A stretch of DNA of 59,195 nucleotides, the filler included, from Jimgerdemannia flammicorona (Eukaryota), in the NCBI GenBank assembly GCA_003990765.1. It is 3 parts of 3 records of this genome, joined end to end, with 100 filler letters (N's around TTAATTAATTAA, not from the genome) between each part and the next. Parts side by side here need not be neighbours in the genome. Positions count along the whole stretch, not along the records: positions 1 to 19,666 come from RBNJ01001879.1; 2 more parts are not named here. One strand, written 5' to 3'. Below are positions 1 to 12,380 of the stretch, piece by piece. The stretch's first letter is position 1. Each line of letters begins with the position of its first letter. The notes beneath the pieces are model-generated. The model saw only the letters and a list, made by a program, of their open reading frames with translations, searched no databases and had not been told where the DNA came from. A program made the translations under genes and the position numbers.

Positions 1-2
1 AG

Positions 3-710
3 CAGCACCCACGTCCACTACCTATACAACATGAAGACGAAATCAAATCGGAATTCAAAATCAAGTCCGAAATCGAATCCGCCTCGGCCAACCCAGTCGT
101 CGCCCTAACTGCTCCGGCCAACCCAGTCGTCGCCCTAACTGCTCCGGCCAACCCAGTCCCAGTCGCTCTACCGGCCATCGCCCTAGCCCTGGCTGCCCCG
201 GCCAACCCAGTCATCGCCCTAACTGCTCCAGCCAACCCAGTCCCAGTCGCCCTACCGGCCATCGCCCTAGCCCTGGCTGCCCCGGCTACCGCGGCCGCTC
301 CAGCCACCCCAACCATTCCAGCCACCCCAGCCCCAGCTACCCCGGCTGCTTCAGCCGCCCCGGCCCCAGCCCCGGCCCCGGCCCCAGCTGCCCCATCTCC
401 AGCTGTGACCATGCCGACCACGACCACGAGAAGACCAAGAGGTCATCGACCAAGAACTAGTTGTCACAACTGTAGAACCTATGGAACAACGTGCAGAAAA
501 CACTCCTACCTTTGCCAACATCTCAATCCTTCCCTACCAAATATCTCTTCGAAAAAGAGAAAATATAATAATACTGGCCGAGCTGCTGCTGTGGTGAAAA
601 GATGCCGATACCAAAGGGAGGCCGAGGAGGATGAGGAGGCCGAGGAGAACAAGGAGGACGAGTGGGCCGAGGAGGACGAGTGGGCCGAGGAGGCTGAGGA
701 GGACGAGTAG
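3..710 (+). CDS. 3' part of a gene: Pro/Ala-rich repeats, degenerate Zn-cluster-like motif, acidic tail (5' end outside window)
   Basis: The frame of ORF 405..710 is open back to position 3 (…SANPVVALTAPANPVVALTAP…). It contains RPRTS-CHNC-x6-C-x6-C, a basic KKRK patch and EEDEWA repeats. Confidence 0.55.
   Translation, partial: QHPRPLPIQHEDEIKSEFKIKSEIESASANPVVALTAPANPVVALTAPANPVPVALPAIALALAAPANPVIALTAPANPVPVALPAIALALAAPATAAAPATPTIPATPAPATPAASAAPAPAPAPAPAAPSPAVTMPTTTTRRPRGHRPRTSCHNCRTYGTTCRKHSYLCQHLNPSLPNISSKKRKYNNTGRAAAVVKRCRYQREAEEDEEAEENKEDEWAEEDEWAEEAEEDE
86..290 (+). repeat. Coding tandem repeat, 30-bp unit GGCCAACCCAGTCGTCGCCCTAACTGCTCC with longer variants
   Basis: Directly visible repeated units encoding ANPVVALTAP / ANPVPVALPAIALALAAP. 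Confidence 0.85.
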
Positions 711-1488
711 GCCAAGGAGGAGAAATGTGTGAAGTACAATCTCGAAATGAGGGGAAGAATGGGTAGGGTGTGTGAATGGGTGAATTTCAAGTGCCGATTT
801 TGTCATTTTCATTGATTCAATAAAGAACTTAAAGAACTGATAAGAACTGATGACGCGTTGGATGATGCGGATTAGTGCTAAACCTCCCTATCCGAATTTG
901 GATTTTGCTCATGATGGTCCGATCCTCACGATGGTCCGCCACATATATTAATATATTTTTTATTTCTAATAATTTATTTTTGATTTATTTCTAATTTTCA
1001 ATGATATTTTTATTTATTTATTCTAAATATCTTAGATAATATTTTTAATATCTTATAACTTTTTTTTATCTTTAATTGTATTTTTTATTTAATAAAGAAT
1101 TATATATATATATAGACAAATTTGCCTGTAAAATATTATAGCATATGTAAGAGTTAAAGATAGATTATATTTTTTTCTTAAGTTAAAATAATAATAAATA
1201 ATATAATTTTAGATTAAATTAAAGATATAAGTTAGCTTGAATTATAAAATACTATTTATTAGTAATATTGTAATGGTATAGCCAGATTCGGAAGAAGAAA
1301 ATAGGGAACAGATACTTGATTGCATTCAGTCTCAAAGTAGTATAGCTACATAGTTAGTAGTCCTCGATTTCACCACTTACTAAATATTTCGCAAAGTGTG
1401 AGATCAAGCTTCTCAATATAGTATAGCATTTCGCAACTGGTGAAATATTTTGCAAAGTGTTAAATGACTCATAACTTAGCTACATAAC

Positions 1489-3562
1489 TGTAAGAGGGTT
1501 ACTTTTTAAGGTGACCGTTACATAGTTCTAGAAGGGTTTTCTGGATATTCTGGATGTTCTAGAAGACTGTTTTCTTATGGTCAAGATCAATTTCGTATGG
1601 AGTATGTCCTCTACGCTTATTGATTTCAAGATTGGGTTGACGTCTCAACCAAAGTCCTTTTTCGGACTAGTTCTGGATGTTCAGGATTTTCTGTATTTCA
1701 GAAAGTTCAAGAAACTAAGACCAGCTTAGTTGAATTGGCGTATCGCTGCAGACAATACCCAATTAGGAAATTTCGTGACAGAGTTAGGAGTAGGACCTAA
1801 CAGGGAGCGGATTTACTTAAGAGTGATTTGTGGGTTATGGAATAGGTTTATTTGCTATTCATGATATTGCTATACTAGGAGTATTTGTGTGAAGGGATAT
1901 TGTGGGGAAGTGCTCAGGAGTTGTGTTCGGATTGTTCAAGTCTATTCGAGTCTGAGATTCTGAGGTCTGGGGGAGGGGGTATTTATACTAGTAAGGGGCT
2001 ATCTAGACTATACTAAATATGGATGTAGCACTAAGTGCCTTGCTGAGTCAGAATGCAGTCACGTAGTACAAGTGTGATCTGACATGTCAAGAGATTGTCT
2101 GACTGCTGAGTCAGTTCACAGTCACGTTGTACAAGGCTAATCTATCTATACTATGACTGCTAGACTATTTATAGGTTTAGGCACTATCTGGGTAGTCTTC
2201 GATGATATCACCATCGATTGCATAATCTCTGATGAAGTAGTCATCTAGGAAGAGTGGTTCGCAGATTACTTTTCCTTGTTGGCTGAGGTAGTAATACATT
2301 GGGACTTCATCTCCATCCTACAGGATAGCATCGTCTGTTTCGTATGCTGAATAAGGTGTTGGTAGGCGAAGGATGGGTGTATTGTCTTCACTTTCATCAG
2401 ATTCGCTGTCTGCATACCTTCTATAGATTACAGCACTATGAGTCGCGGGGTTGTAGTAAGCTGGCGGCTGTGGTTTAAGTTGCTCGTACTCAGGTGGTGG
2501 CGTTGTTGGTTCAATCTCGAGAGTTGTCTGGAGGTACAGATTGTGTTCTCCAGTCTCTTCATTGTAGTTGAAGTAGTCGGGGGTGAACGCGGGTTGGTAT
2601 TCGTGCCAGTGGTCATTGTCCCAATAAGTCTCGTATGCAGTTATGAACTGTTGTAAGTTCATCGGCAAGGTTGGTGGAGTGATCAGGGTTGGCAGAGATC
2701 CTTGGCTAGAGGTCATGTCAGTGTCAGAGGGATCATTGTCTTCTGCTTCGTCTTCATCGAAGTGGATTATATTGTAGACATCCTTCATGATATATCTGAC
2801 TTGAGGCATTTGTAGGATATGGTCATCGGGGTGCGGGAAGGTTCTGTCTGTGGTCTGGACGTATTTGAGGTACTTGTGGTTGATTTCTTGTATCATATCG
2901 TCAATTTGGCCATAGGACAGGGTAGCGACCATTTCGGTGGTAGTGACTCGGAGGCGGAGAATAAAGGTGCTGTACTCATAGAAGAGTTCTCGATGTTTGC
3001 GGGTGATGAGCTTCTGGTGTTGAGATATCTGGGTAATGTCTGTATCATGGTGGTATTCAACCATGTCTTCCAGGAGGCGGCCGATCTAGTAGTAGCTTGA
3101 GATTTGTTCAATTCGGTGGGCCTTGCTAAGCATGTTCAGGGCATTCCATCGGGCTTCCACGAAGTAGAGGGGTGCCAGGCTATGGATATTCATGAGGGGC
3201 AGAGGGGGTGTGGCTCAGTTGACAATGGCATTCCAAATGTCAGCGCGGATGCAGTTGTAGATCTCAGTGGTCATGTTTGTGTGTTTCGAAGTTGTGGTTG
3301 TTGTTTGTTTTGGTTCTCTGATTCGACGTGTCTCGGTGCTCAGTATATATGCATTTGGTCCTGATTGGTAAGGTTCCATTTGTGTAGATCTTGTGTTCCG
3401 TGACTTCGTATTGACTCAGCTTTGTGCGCTGTGACTTCGGTTTGACTCAGCTTCGTGATCAAGCAGGTGATTTCCAGATTTGTTCAGAGGTCACGTGTGA
3501 TTTCAGTGGCTTGTTCAGAGGGTGATGTGTAATTTTGGTGGCTTGGAGGTTGTGTGCTTACA
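1489..3562 (-). mobile_element. Solo LTR of family B (2074 bp), antisense, with 5-bp TSD ATAAC
   Basis: TGTAAG…CTTACA termini, ATAAC at 1484-1488 and 3563-3567, and reverse-complement match to 11030-13061. Confidence 0.93.
2177..3274 (-). pseudogene. LTR-encoded accessory ORF of family B (about 365 aa ancestrally; two premature TAG stops)
   Basis: ATG at 3274 to TAA at 2177 in one frame, including track ORF 2318..3064. Both stops are sense codons (CAG, TGG) in the 11286-12380 copy. Confidence 0.85.
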
Positions 3563-3868
3563 ATAACCCAGTAACCATCTCATAGCTAGCAAACTTATAT
3601 AAATAACCCAGTATCTTCGAGTGAATAAACCTCAGATCAAAATAGTTCAAGTAAAGAGATAGCAAAGGAACTAGTAAGCCTGTGGGCAGATACACTTCAA
3701 ACTCACCCACCCTCTCCTGCAACTCAAAGAACTCTGAGGAGTCAGAGAAGATCAAGTTTTCAAGATATAGAAATCTGATGTACTTTCAAGAGTAAGCATC
3801 TGCCACATTACAACTTGGTACCTATTGGCTGGTGATTCAAGACGAATTCCTCACTTTCAAGCTGAATA

Positions 3869-5127
3869 ATGAACAACCACCCCTATCTGAACAACTATAC
3901 AAACTGAGCCCCAATACCCAGACAAGATAGATATGAGACCACCAGTATTCCATAGATATATCTCAGATGAATCAATCATCACCTTCATTGACGATTTCAA
4001 GCAGTATGCCACTATAAGGACCCTGACAGCAGTACAGCAAGTAGCCCTCATGCCCTTTAGCCTATGAGGTCCTGCCAGAGCAGCATTCATAGCTACAACC
4101 CATACAGGAAATGATGCTAATGCTATACTGATAGTACAGAAGACCTGGCTCTGAAATACATATTATATAGATGAGATCAAGCAAGCCCTGAAGATCAGCT
4201 CAATACAACATGCCAAGGAATGAGCGAGGATCTAAACATATTCTATACTAGAATTCGATATCAGATAGTTCTTGCAGATTATGCTGCTGCTATCCAAGAT
4301 CAAGTAGCTGAAGCAACCTTCATGAAAGGAGTCTATCCAGAAATAGCCATGGCCATCTGCTCATCACCAGTGATTCCGGATCTGCTACAAAAGATCACCT
4401 ATGCTCAGCAATACTAGATAGCCAGACACCCACAAGACCATACAATGGAGAGAGTTACAGGAGTCAGAATCAAGGCACCTAAGTCAACCAGTATGATCCC
4501 CATCATAATGATCAATCGAAACACACCTCAGCCCAAAGCTACAGAGCAGCAAAAGAACAGTGACCCTTTGGAGGAACTTACCAAGAGATTTGCAGAAATG
4601 ACTGCCTACTTGGGGGATATAGTAAAGGAGATCAGAGGAAGAGACTGCCACCCTGTCCAGAAGTTTGCTGCCACCTCAGACAAGAAGAAAGGCACCTGCT
4701 ATACTTGCAGAGAAGAAGGCCACTACTCCTATGAATGCATGAGCGAAACTAAGTACAAGGCTCAACCAAGCAATGCTACATAAAACAAGGAGTAGGCCAA
4801 TACAATTATCTTTAAGAAAATTGGAGATTCTGATGAAGAAGAATAGGAGGCCTATTCTGCTCAGACTACCAAGAAGGATGTTTACAAGGAACCCTACAAG
4901 AGACCACCAGAAAGACTCAAGAAGAATCCAGTAGAAAAGCAGATGGAAACAGCCACTAAAAGCCAAGCTGAAGAGATGGACCAAGATATGGAGCTAGAAT
5001 AAGCAGTTCAAGATATTATCCAAGGAACTACCCCAGCCAGTGAAGGAGAAAAAGAAAAGAAACTTCGCAAGACCAAGACTTTCAAGTACGATATCTTCAA
5101 GGACCTTAGCCAACAAAAGGTCAATGC
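3869..5127 (+). pseudogene. gag: gag of element A
   Basis: CCHC zinc knuckle CYTCREEGHYSYEC at about 4697-4738; located after the PBS; disrupted by stops. Confidence 0.8.
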
Positions 5128-6319
5128 CATCCCCCTTTCTCCACTACCTTACCGGTCACAAGGTTTGGTAGGCGACCTTCCGAGTCCCCTTTCCCCTAAT
5201 ATTACCCCCTCTACCTCAGGTTGGTTTGCTGTGCCTGTAGGGGCATGGTGGGAGGAGGGCAATGGTGATGAGTTGCCCCTTTATCGGTGTCAGATCGGTG
5301 CTTCCTCCACTTTTTCGCAGATTCTGGTGCCTTCAGCTGCGTCTGGGGTGTACCCATTTTGGTGCGGTGCCTTCTTCCTTTTGCCGTCGCCAACAAGGAG
5401 TTGTCTTGGTGTGTCTCGGGCTATGTAGGGAGTCGGCCGACCTTGGGCGTCAAGTGCTCAGTGTAGGTTACCTGCAGGTCCTCGGTGCCTGTGGTGGGGC
5501 CCTCTGGCTTTGGCAAGCTTCCCGGTGAGCGCGGTTCTGGCATAGGTAACTGCTTTTCGGGTGTTGTCGGGATGGGAGGAGAGATGGCCGTCACAGATAG
5601 GCGGAAGGGCGATTACGGTGAACCAGTAGGGTGCCAGGCTGGGGGCGGTCATCGGGGCTGGGGCAGGTGCTGCTTCGGTGGGGCCTTTTGATTGGTGCGG
5701 CGCAGTTAGGTAGTAGGTGACACTCTCGGCTTCTTTTGGCAGGTAGCGGGGTGAGGTCCCAGTCGTCAGGGGGGGTCGGGGGGCCCGAGGCTACCCATTT
5801 CAGGCGTCTTGGCTGTACTCAACTGGAACCGGGAGCTGACACGGCAACGTGATCGAGGCCCGCAGGCTTGAGCAGTGGGGTATTGGGGGTTTCCTCCCGC
5901 CTCACGTGTAAGTCCTTTACTCACCTCAACTGGGAGAACTAGGCCCTACCCACCGTGTTGTGCTTTGATGAGGGTTTTTTCTTTGCCTGTCATTCTCTTT
6001 GGAGTGGCAGGGGCTATTCTATTCGGCTCGGACATGGCCTTGTACATACGTTGGGTTCTCAGGCGTGCGCTTTCGGTCGTTGGCATATGGTTGGGTTTCC
6101 CCTGGTAGTAGGGAGAGCATGGTGCGCAGAATGAGGTGCAGGCTTATCAGCCCTGCTATGCCTGGCATGGTCAAGCTGCTGGACAATAGCTAGCCTAGGT
6201 TAATGGGGGGGCAGTGCTTGGTGGGTGGTGGGGGAGGGTTTTGGCCTATATAGTCTAGGTTCCCTTCCAATAAAAATCCGTGGGACATGAGTCCGTAAAA
6301 CAAAAAAAAAAAAAAAAAA
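5128..6319 (+). mobile_element. Poly(A)-tailed retroposed insertion (5'-truncated LINE 3' end or SINE-like) in element A
   Basis: 16-bp TSD AACAAAAGGTCAATGC at 5112-5127 and 6320-6335, AATAAA near 6268 and an A tail. A homologous 3' end lies on the minus strand at about 38980-39390. Confidence 0.9.
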
Positions 6320-6335
6320 AACAAAAGGTCAATGC

Positions 6336-9076
6336 AACCTTTGGTCAGCTCACAGAAATCCCAACATTCAGACAACAAATGAGGTTCAGACTTGCCGAAA
6401 CAACCAAGGAGCAAGGATGGAAGATAACTGAGGCCAATAATATTCAAGAGGACTCAGGAGAAGAAAGTGAAGATAATCGCAAAACCTCCACCTATGCTAC
6501 CTGCCAGATTGAGAACCAAGTCTTTGAAGCCATCATTGATATGGGAGCAAAAGGATATCTCAGCAGTAGACTGCCTAGGCTGGGAGATAGAAGAAGCCAC
6601 CAAATTGGTGTTTGTTATAGCTAATGGAATATGAGCAACACTTCTGGGAAATATCTGGGATGTACCCATCAAGTTTGGAGAAGCCACCATCCTGGTAGAT
6701 GTCATTGTCATCAATACAACCAACTACAATATCCTCATTGACAATCAATGGCTTCACAAAGCCAAGGCAATGATTGATCTCAGTGCACAGAAGATGCAAA
6801 TTGTCTACTGGGGAAAGAAGATCAGAATTCCCATCAATGTCCACAAAGGAGTCTGCCTGGAAATGGAGGAAGAGCAAGAAGAAGAAGCCTACATGGTTAC
6901 TATGAAGAAAGGAAAAGATAAGCAGTGGATAGAGGAAGAATGGTACAAAAGGATTGCAGATGGATACACCCCACTAGGAAGGTGCCCCCATGGTGAAAGA
7001 ATGTACTGTGCCCAGTACTTGGATTGCTGCTACTCCTATATCATCAAAGTGAAAAAGATCTCCAACAAGCCAAAGAAGAACCAAGAGGAACCAGAAGATG
7101 GACCACCAGAGCTATTGAATGACAGCAATGATGAAGAAGACATCACAGTCAAGATACAAAGGATTCACCCCAATGCAGTCTTGCCACAATACAAATCAGA
7201 GAATGCAGCAGGAATGGACCTATCTATCACAACACACACAATCCTTAAACCGCAAACCACTACTATGCTGGGAACAGAAATCGAAGTAACCATCCCACCA
7301 AATCATGTCAGAATCCTCAAGACAAGGAGCAGCTTGGCAAAAAGTGAAATATCCATAGAAAGAGGAGCCATTGATTCAGACTATACAGGAGAAATCCTCC
7401 TCCTCACCAGGAATTATAATCCAACAATCCCATTTGAAGTAAAGAAGAAGGATTGGCTGACACAAATGCTCATCTTATCTGTCCTTAACCCAAGAATCAA
7501 GGAAGTTGCAAACATCAGACAAACTCAGCAAGGAAGAGCTAGATTTGGCTCTACAGGAAGAGGAGTCCTTATAGCAACCAAGATTACAGAATTGGAGCAC
7601 AAGAAGGAGGAAAGCTAAGACAAACACACTTATGTAATTGGAAAGAACTTTCCCCTCAGAAAGGAGTTGCAGAACCTCTTGCATACATTTGAAGATGTAC
7701 TGGCCACAGATTTCAAGGACATCAAGACTAAGAAATCCTTATACTATCATGATATCAATACTGGAGATGCAAAACCAATCTATCAAAAAACCCACCCCAT
7801 TCTGCCAGTATACAGAGAATGGCTCAAGACTGAAATCAAGGAAATAGAGGAATCCGGTATCATCAAGGAAGCCAGCAGCCCTTGGTCTTCACCTATTGTC
7901 CTTGCACCAAAGAAAGGAAGCTGACTAGGAGAATTTGCACCAAGACTCTGCACAGACTATAGAAGACTCAATGAGGTCACAGAGAAGGATAGACAACCAT
8001 TGCCCAATATTGGTAACATTCTTATTATGCTGGGGAATGAATTATGATTTTACACCACTCTGGATCTGTTCTCAGGATTCTACCAAATTGGCCTTATACC
8101 TGAAGCCAGCAAAAGATCAGTCTTCATTACTCCTGATAGAACCTATGTCTATCTCCACATTCCCTTTGGAATGTGCAATGCACCAGCAAGCTTCTAGTGA
8201 ATGATGAATAGTATCTTCAGAGATGTTATGGAAAAATGGATAATAGTATATATGGATGATATGATCATCTTCAGCCAAACAGCCAAGGAGTACTTAGAAT
8301 ATATTGAGGAAATCCTCAGAAGGCTTCGCAAAAATGGCCTCTACATCAAGCCCAAGAAATGCAAATTTGAAGAAGAAGAAATTGCATACCTCAGACACAT
8401 CAACCATGAGGGAACACACATAGATCCTATAAAGATCAAGGCAGTAGCAGCATATCCGGTACCTACCAGTATCACTAAAGCCCAAACCTTCATGGAACTA
8501 GCATCCTATTACAGGAGATTTATTCAAAGATTCTCCCACATTGCTAGCCCTATCTATGATCTGTTCAGAAAAGAATTCAAGTTCCAGTGGATACAATAAC
8601 AGCAACTAGTCTTTGATGAACTCAAGATCAGGCTGAACCAGGCCCCAATTTTGAGAAGACCTGACTGGATATGAGAATTTATTCTACAGACAGATGCCAG
8701 TGTAATGAGACTTGGAGCTATTCTTACACAGAAGAATAATGGCACTGAGTATGTAGTAGCCTATCTCAGCTGAGGTACTTGCAGAGCAGAGCAGTCCTAT
8801 GAGTCAAATAAGCTAGAATATCTTGCAGTCATCTGGGCTGTAGAGAAGTTCCACTATTATCTGGTGGAAAGACACTTCACTATTCAGACAGACCACTCAG
8901 CACTCACCTGGTTGCTCACCACCAGTGAACCCAAAGGAATCTATGTCTGATGGATCATGAAGCTGCAAGCATATGATGCCACAATCACTCACTGCCCTAG
9001 AAGAACCAATGCCAATGCTGATGCCCTCTCATGGATACCCCGAAGGACTCCACCCCCACAAAATCACCATGAATAG
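6336..9076 (+). pseudogene. pol: pol of element A: aspartic protease, Cys/His motif, dUTPase, RT, RNase H
   Basis: AIIDMG protease-like site near 6530, SPWSSPIVLAPKK, YMDD near 8250, LQTDAS and NANADALS RNase H motifs. Confidence 0.9.
7141..7563 (+). pseudogene. dut: dUTPase domain between protease and RT (element A)
   Basis: Motifs AAGMDL, RSSLA, GAIDSDYTGEI, TQMLI and RFGSTG in ORF 6770..7618. Confidence 0.92.
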
Positions 9077-10261
9077 GGAGCTGTACTACAGAATTATCAG
9101 CTACCTGGGGCAGCGAAAGATGCCCTCGCATCTGGAAGAATGGACAAAAACAATTATTAATCAGACATGGAAACAATTTGAAACTGATGGAGAAATACTT
9201 AAGAAAGGATAACAATTAGTCATTCCCAAGTACCAGAAGAATCAAGTAATGAAGAAAGTACATGAACAAGGCTATGTAGAAGGAACAAATATATATGACA
9301 AAGCAAGAAGAACCATGTGGTGCCTGAAATGGAAGAAGATATCAGACAATTTGTCAGAACCTGTGACAAATGTCAGAAACAGAAACAAGACCAACAAAAC
9401 CAGGCCCCGGGATCAGCATGCATAGAACCAGTACCATTTGCCCACATAGCAATGAATGTAATTGGCCCTCTACCCTTGACCCTGACTGGTAACTGATATA
9501 TCATTGTCATTGTAGACCTTTTTACGAAGTGGATAGAAGTAGGACCCCTCAAGGAAGCTAATGTACAGTCAATCACTAATTTCTTCCACAAGGAAATCAT
9601 CTGTCAGTTCAAGACCCCAACACAAGTAACTATAGATAGAGGAACAGAATTCGTGAACTAGCTCTTTGAGGTTCTCTACAAGAAGTATAAGATCCAGCAC
9701 ATTCAGACCACAGCCTATCACCACCAAGGAAATGGACAAGCAGAAAGGACCAACAAGACCCTCAAGAATGTTATCACCAAGATCTGTAATAACTATGAAA
9801 ACTGAGATCACTATCTGCCAATAGTATTATCTGCTCTCTGGGATATCAGATCACAAAGTACCCACTTTATCTCCTGGGAGATGCTGTTCAGAGAAGAAAG
9901 TTCTAGTGGAAGTTTGTCAGCAAATAATGATGCAGTCTGGAAGCATATGGATATGGAGATATGGAGATTACATCAAATTAGGAAAAAGGCAGAGAATTAT
10001 ATAATCAAGGCATAGGCACTACAATGGAGTAATGCAGAAAAGATCCACAAGCCCGTGGAGATTATTAAGATAGGAGATGAAGTCCTGGTAAACTAGAACA
10101 TAGTAGAAGCTTCTTGGTCATGAAAACTGGAGCCCAAGTGGGAAGGACCTTACCTGGTGTAAGATATAAAAGGGACCACTTTCCAACTATGAAAGCCCTC
10201 AGGCACAATAATCCCCACCACCATTCACTGAAACCAACTTAAGAAATATCATGGCCAGTAA
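9069..10261 (+). pseudogene. Integrase of element A, starting at its own ATG
   Basis: FVRTCDKCQK zinc-binding part, VIGPLP, IDRGTEF and GNGQAER core, KWEGPY C-terminal motif; disrupted. Confidence 0.88.
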
Positions 10262-10730
10262 TAAAAGTACTGCAATGGCACTCAAGATCACTAGTACTGC
10301 CCAAAGAGCCATCAAGAGACAATGGCATACCACCAAGCCTCTGACTATAGAGAAGTCTTATGATAGTATCCAAAGCATTGTACAGACTCATCTCTCTCGA
10401 ATCTCACACTTCAAGGCCTATTAGCATCAAAATGAATTTCAAGAGTACTTAAAACTTGGCCAAGTACTCAACCAAGACCCAGAAATGACCAAAGAAAATT
10501 GGATCGCAGAATGCCAGCTCTCCTATTCCCAGATCACCATTGCTAAGAGAATCTATAAGCTATTCCAAGAGGATGAACCAGCACTAGCCCACCTGTGAGA
10601 AGTGACTCCCTCAGACTTCAACCAAGTCAGGTGACACTATTGGGAAATAGTAATGCAACAAATCACACAATACAAGACCATATAGACCATTGAAGCCTAG
10701 GAGTTTGAATAGATGCTTCAAGGATGAGAT
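10251..10730 (+). pseudogene. Accessory ORF3 of element A, similar to the LTR ORFs of families B and C
   Basis: Hand translation from ATG 10251: …QEYLKLGQVL…ITIAKRIYKLFQEDEPALAHL*EVTPSDFNQV…. The stops are consistent with C>T or G>A decay. Confidence 0.65.
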
Positions 10731-10749
10731 CATCTATTCAGGAGAAAGT

Positions 10750-11029
10750 TGTGACAGTATAGCCAGATTCAGAAGAAGGAAATAGGGAACAGACACTTGA
10801 TCACACCCAGTCCCAAAGTAGTATAGCTACATAGTTAGCAGTCCTTGATTTTGCTACTTGCTAAATATTTTGCAAAGTACAAGATCGAGCTTCTTGATAG
10901 TATAGCATTTCGCAACTGGTGAAATATTTCACAAAGTGTTAAATGACTCATAACTTAGCCACATAACTCAGTAACCATCTCATAGCTAGCAAACTTGTAT
11001 AAATAACCCAGTATCTTCGAGTGAATAAA
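10750..11029 (+). repeat. 3' LTR of element A (5' part; interrupted by element B, remainder not seen)
   Basis: Direct match to 1269-1488 plus 3568-3629; TATAAATA at 10998-11005. Confidence 0.9.
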
Positions 11030-11285
11030 TGTAAGCATACAACCTCCAAGCCACCGAAATTACACACGACCTCTGAATAAATCTGGAAATCACCTGCTTG
11101 ATCACAAAGCTGAGTCAAATCGAAGTCACAGCGCACAAAGCTGAGTCAATATGAAGTCACGGAATACAAGATTTACACAAACAGAATCTTACCAATCAGG
11201 ACTAAATGCATATATACTGAGCACCAAGACATGTCGAATCAGAGAACCAAAACAAACAACAACCATAACTTCCAAACACACAAAT

Positions 11286-12380
11286 ATGACCACTGAGATC
11301 TACAACCACATCCATGCTGACATTTGGAATGCCATTGTCAACCGAGCTACACCCCCTCTGCCCCTTATGAATATCTATAGCCTGGCACCCCTCTACTTTA
11401 TGGAAGCCCGATGGAATGCCCTGAACATGCTTAGCGAGACCCACCGAATTAGACAAATCTCAAGCTACTACCAGATTGGCCGCCTCCTGGAAGACATGGT
11501 CAAACACCACCATGATACAGACATTACTCAGATGTCTCAACACCAGAAGCTCATCGCCCACAAACATCGAGAACTCTTCTATGAGTACAACACCTTTATT
11601 CCCTGCCTCCGAGTTACTACCAGTGAAATGGTTGCTACCCTGTCCTATGGCCAAATCGATGATATGATACAAGAACTCAACCACAAGTATCTCGAGTATG
11701 TCAAAACTACAGACAGAACCTTCCCACACCCCAATGATCATATCCTGCAAATACCTCAAGTCAGATATGCCATGAAGGATGTCTATGATATAATCCACTA
11801 TGAAGATGAAGCAGAAGACAATGATCTCTCTGATGCCAACATGACCTCTAGCCAAGGATCTCTGCCAACCCTGATCACACTGCCAAACTTGCCGATGAAC
11901 TTACAATAGTTCATAACTGCATACGAGACTTATTGGGACAATGACCACTGGTATGAATACCAACCCGCATTCACCCCCAACTACTTCAACTATAATGAAG
12001 AGACCGGAGAACACAACCTGTACCTCCAGACAACCCTCGAGATTGAACCAACCACTCCACCACCTGAGTATGAGCGACATGAACCACAGCCACCAGCTTA
12101 CTACAATCCTGCAACTCATAGTACTGTAACTTATAGAAGGTACACAGACAGCGAATCTGATGAAAGTGAAGACAATACACCCATCCTTCGCCCACCAACA
12201 CCTTATCCAGCATACAAAACAGATGATGCTATTCTGTGGGATGGAGATGAAGTCCCAATGTATTACTACCTCAGCCAACAAGGAGAAGTAATCTGCGAAC
12301 CACTCTTCCTAGACGACTACTTCATCAGAGATAATGCAATTGATGGTGATGTCATCGAGGACTACCCAGACAGCGCCTAA
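11286..12380 (+). pseudogene. LTR-encoded accessory ORF of family B (364 aa; one premature TAG at 11907-11909)
   Basis: A single frame runs from ATG 11286 to TAA 12378-12380. The one stop is CAG in the solo-LTR copy. Confidence 0.87.

Larger units (their letters stand above)
1269..3812 (+). repeat. 5' LTR of element A (about 465 bp net), split by a solo LTR insertion
   Basis: TGTAATG…CATTACA termini. 1269-1488 and 3568-3630 align contiguously with 10750-11029. Confidence 0.9.
1269..11029 (+). mobile_element. Ty3/Gypsy LTR retrotransposon A (decayed): LTR-gag-PR-dUTPase-RT-RNaseH-IN-ORF3-LTR
   Basis: Matching LTR starts at 1269 and 10750 (TG…GTATAGCCAGATTC). PBS-like TGGTA at 3816, short purine tract at 10740-10748, and Gypsy domain order RT-RH-IN. 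Many in-frame stops. Confidence 0.93.

Noticed and set aside
5200..6170. Possible antisense ORF in the retroposed insertion
   Set aside because: Several stops, no recognisable motif, and open stretches explained by GC-rich composition.
11286..12380. LTR ORF as an env-like gene
   Set aside because: No signal peptide, transmembrane segment or furin-type site is visible.
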